Assembly (NCBI GenBank): GCA_043750125.1
Contig: JAYVCD010000319.1
Coordinates: 1-17,949, forward strand
Reading direction: 5' to 3'
DNA from: Archangiaceae bacterium
GTDB lineage: Bacteria > Myxococcota > Myxococcia > Myxococcales > Myxococcaceae
Length of the DNA stretch: 17,949 bases
Part shown: piece by piece, positions 16,464 through 17,949 of the stretch
Layout of the letters: every line of letters begins with the position of its first letter
Position numbering within the stretch: position 1 is the first letter of the stretch
Made by a program: the position numbers and the translations under genes
Notes under the pieces: generated by a model
Database searches by the model: none
Seen by the model: the letters and a program-made list of their open reading frames with translations, nothing else
What the model was told of the DNA's origin: nothing

Positions 16464-17822
16464 TCAGGCGTAGCTGCCGCGGATGTGGCGGGTGGTCCAC
16501 TTCAGCTCTTCTTCCAGCTGGCGCGCGACTGAGAGCACGAGGCCATCGGCTCCGACCCGACCGATGAGCTGAACTCCGATCGGGTGGCGTTCGGTCGAGA
16601 TCCCCGCGGGCACGCTGATCGCGGGCTGACCGGTGAGGTTGAAGAGCGCAGTGAAGGCGCCCATCACCGCGGCGGCTCGGAAAGTTTCTTCCGGACCCAG
16701 GCCCTGCCACTGACCGATGCGCGGAGCCGCGATCGGCAGCGTCGGCGTCACCCACAGATCCACATCGCCGAACCACGCCCTCACCCGATCCGACAACCGC
16801 GCCGCTCGTCGAAACACTTCGTCGTCGCGAACGTGGCGCCCGGTCTCGCGCAACCACCGCGTGACCGGCTGAAGCGAGCTGTCGCGCACGAATGGAATGC
16901 GTGCAATCTGCCGCTGCCAGATGGGAAGCACCTCGTCGACGTTTCCTTCGGGCGGCGGGCCTTCTTCGACGTGGTGTCCCAGCTCTTCGAGCCGCTTGAC
17001 CACGTCGAGCACCGTCGCGGCGATCTCCGGAGTGCACTGGCCCAGCGGCGACGTCGTGGTGAAGCGAACCTTCAGGCCCGACAGAACGCGCTGCGAAGAG
17101 GCGAGGAAGGAAGTCCCCCTCTGGTGTCCGACGAGCACATCGAGCATCGCCGCGACATCGTCTACGGAACGGCCCAGGGGCCCGATGGTGATCATGTTCA
17201 CCGGATCAATGCGCCCGTAGTCGTTGGGCACGGCGTTGCGCGAAGCCTTGTGGCCGACGAGCCCGCAGAGCGCTGCTGGAATTCGAATCGACCCTGCCCC
17301 ATCGCTGGCTTGCGCGATCGGCAGCAGACCGGCCGCCACCGCCGCGCCTGAGCCCCCGCTGGATCCTCCCGGGGTGTGGGCCCGGTCCCAGGGGTTGCGC
17401 GTCGGCAGGTGGGTGGAAGGCTCGGTGACCGGCATCGCCCCCAACTCGGACGTGGACAGCTTTCCCATGATGACGAACCCCGCGCGCCGAATCGCGGCGG
17501 TGGTCACATCGTCGACGGGCGAAAAGAAATACCGAAACGACCGGGCGCCCATGCGGGTGAACGTCCCCCGAGCGAAGTTCAAATCTTTGATCCCGGTGGG
17601 CACGCCGTGAAACGCACCCCGCCCTTCCAACGGCGCGGCATCCATGCGGCGGGCCGTTGCCAGAGCGCTCTGTTCCAGGACCTGGACGAACGAGCTCAAC
17701 GCAGAGTCGTGGCGTGCGATCCGCGTGAGGTACAGCCTCACCAGCTCGGACGAAGAGAGCTTTCGTTCGCGAATCAGGCGGGCCTGTTCCAGTGCAGACA
17801 TCGACAACAGTTCAGTGCTCAA
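16464..17822 (-). CDS. Amidase-signature family enzyme (~452 aa)
   Basis: Ser-cisSer-Lys triad motifs GVPTGIKDL, TPGGSSGGSGAAVAAG and ASDGAGSIRIPA; FNLTGQPAISVP; PIGVQLIG. Start uncertain (TTG 17822 or ATG 17801). Confidence 0.92.
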   Translation of the reverse strand: MSTELLSMSALEQARLIRERKLSSSELVRLYLTRIARHDSALSSFVQVLEQSALATARRMDAAPLEGRGAFHGVPTGIKDLNFARGTFTRMGARSFRYFFSPVDDVTTAAIRRAGFVIMGKLSTSELGAMPVTEPSTHLPTRNPWDRAHTPGGSSGGSGAAVAAGLLPIAQASDGAGSIRIPAALCGLVGHKASRNAVPNDYGRIDPVNMITIGPLGRSVDDVAAMLDVLVGHQRGTSFLASSQRVLSGLKVRFTTTSPLGQCTPEIAATVLDVVKRLEELGHHVEEGPPPEGNVDEVLPIWQRQIARIPFVRDSSLQPVTRWLRETGRHVRDDEVFRRAARLSDRVRAWFGDVDLWVTPTLPIAAPRIGQWQGLGPEETFRAAAVMGAFTALFNLTGQPAISVPAGISTERHPIGVQLIGRVGADGLVLSVARQLEEELKWTTRHIRGSYA

Positions 17823-17949
17823 GGTGCGGCACCATAGCGAGTAGTGTGCGGCGGATGGTGCGTCGTGAAGGTTCAGAGCCAGCGGAAGCGCGAGCGACCG
17901 AAGGGGCGGAGCCACGCTGCACTTTTCCAGCGGGTGAAAGTCCCGTCCG

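Noticed and set aside
16464-17822. Amidase as GatA, or as a benzamide-feeding enzyme for the box pathway
   Set aside because: No gatB/gatC context, and substrate cannot be inferred from the motifs. It lies 9 kb from boxB with no visible regulatory link.

Overview
GC-rich bacterial DNA, probably Myxococcota (inferred from the FHA-sigma54 activator, the Gly-rich lipoprotein and a BMC operon closely resembling that of Haliangium ochraceum). Left to right: (1) a leftward block with boxR/bzdR-type repressor, a sensor-less hybrid histidine kinase, an FHA/degenerate-GGDEF/sigma54 activator and the start of a Rossmann-fold gene; (2) divergent boxC-boxB of the aerobic benzoyl-CoA epoxide pathway, with no boxA or boxZ in the window and two CGCA-N6-TGC operator-like boxes in the promoter; (3) a ~190-nt highly self-complementary intergenic segment (candidate ncRNA) followed by a 5'-truncated HAD hydrolase; (4) a leftward unit of CpsB-type PHP phosphatase, LPG-synthase-TM flippase-like protein and a small membrane protein; (5) a compact bacterial microcompartment operon (BMC-T, BMC-H, BMC-P, an unknown translationally coupled 70-aa ORF, acylating aldehyde dehydrogenase with encapsulation peptide, PduT-like BMC-T) with no signature enzyme; (6) a ~910-codon GH74-like beta-propeller lipoprotein interrupted by one in-frame TGA; (7) a convergent amidase. 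All family calls come from motif recognition by eye; no searches were run.
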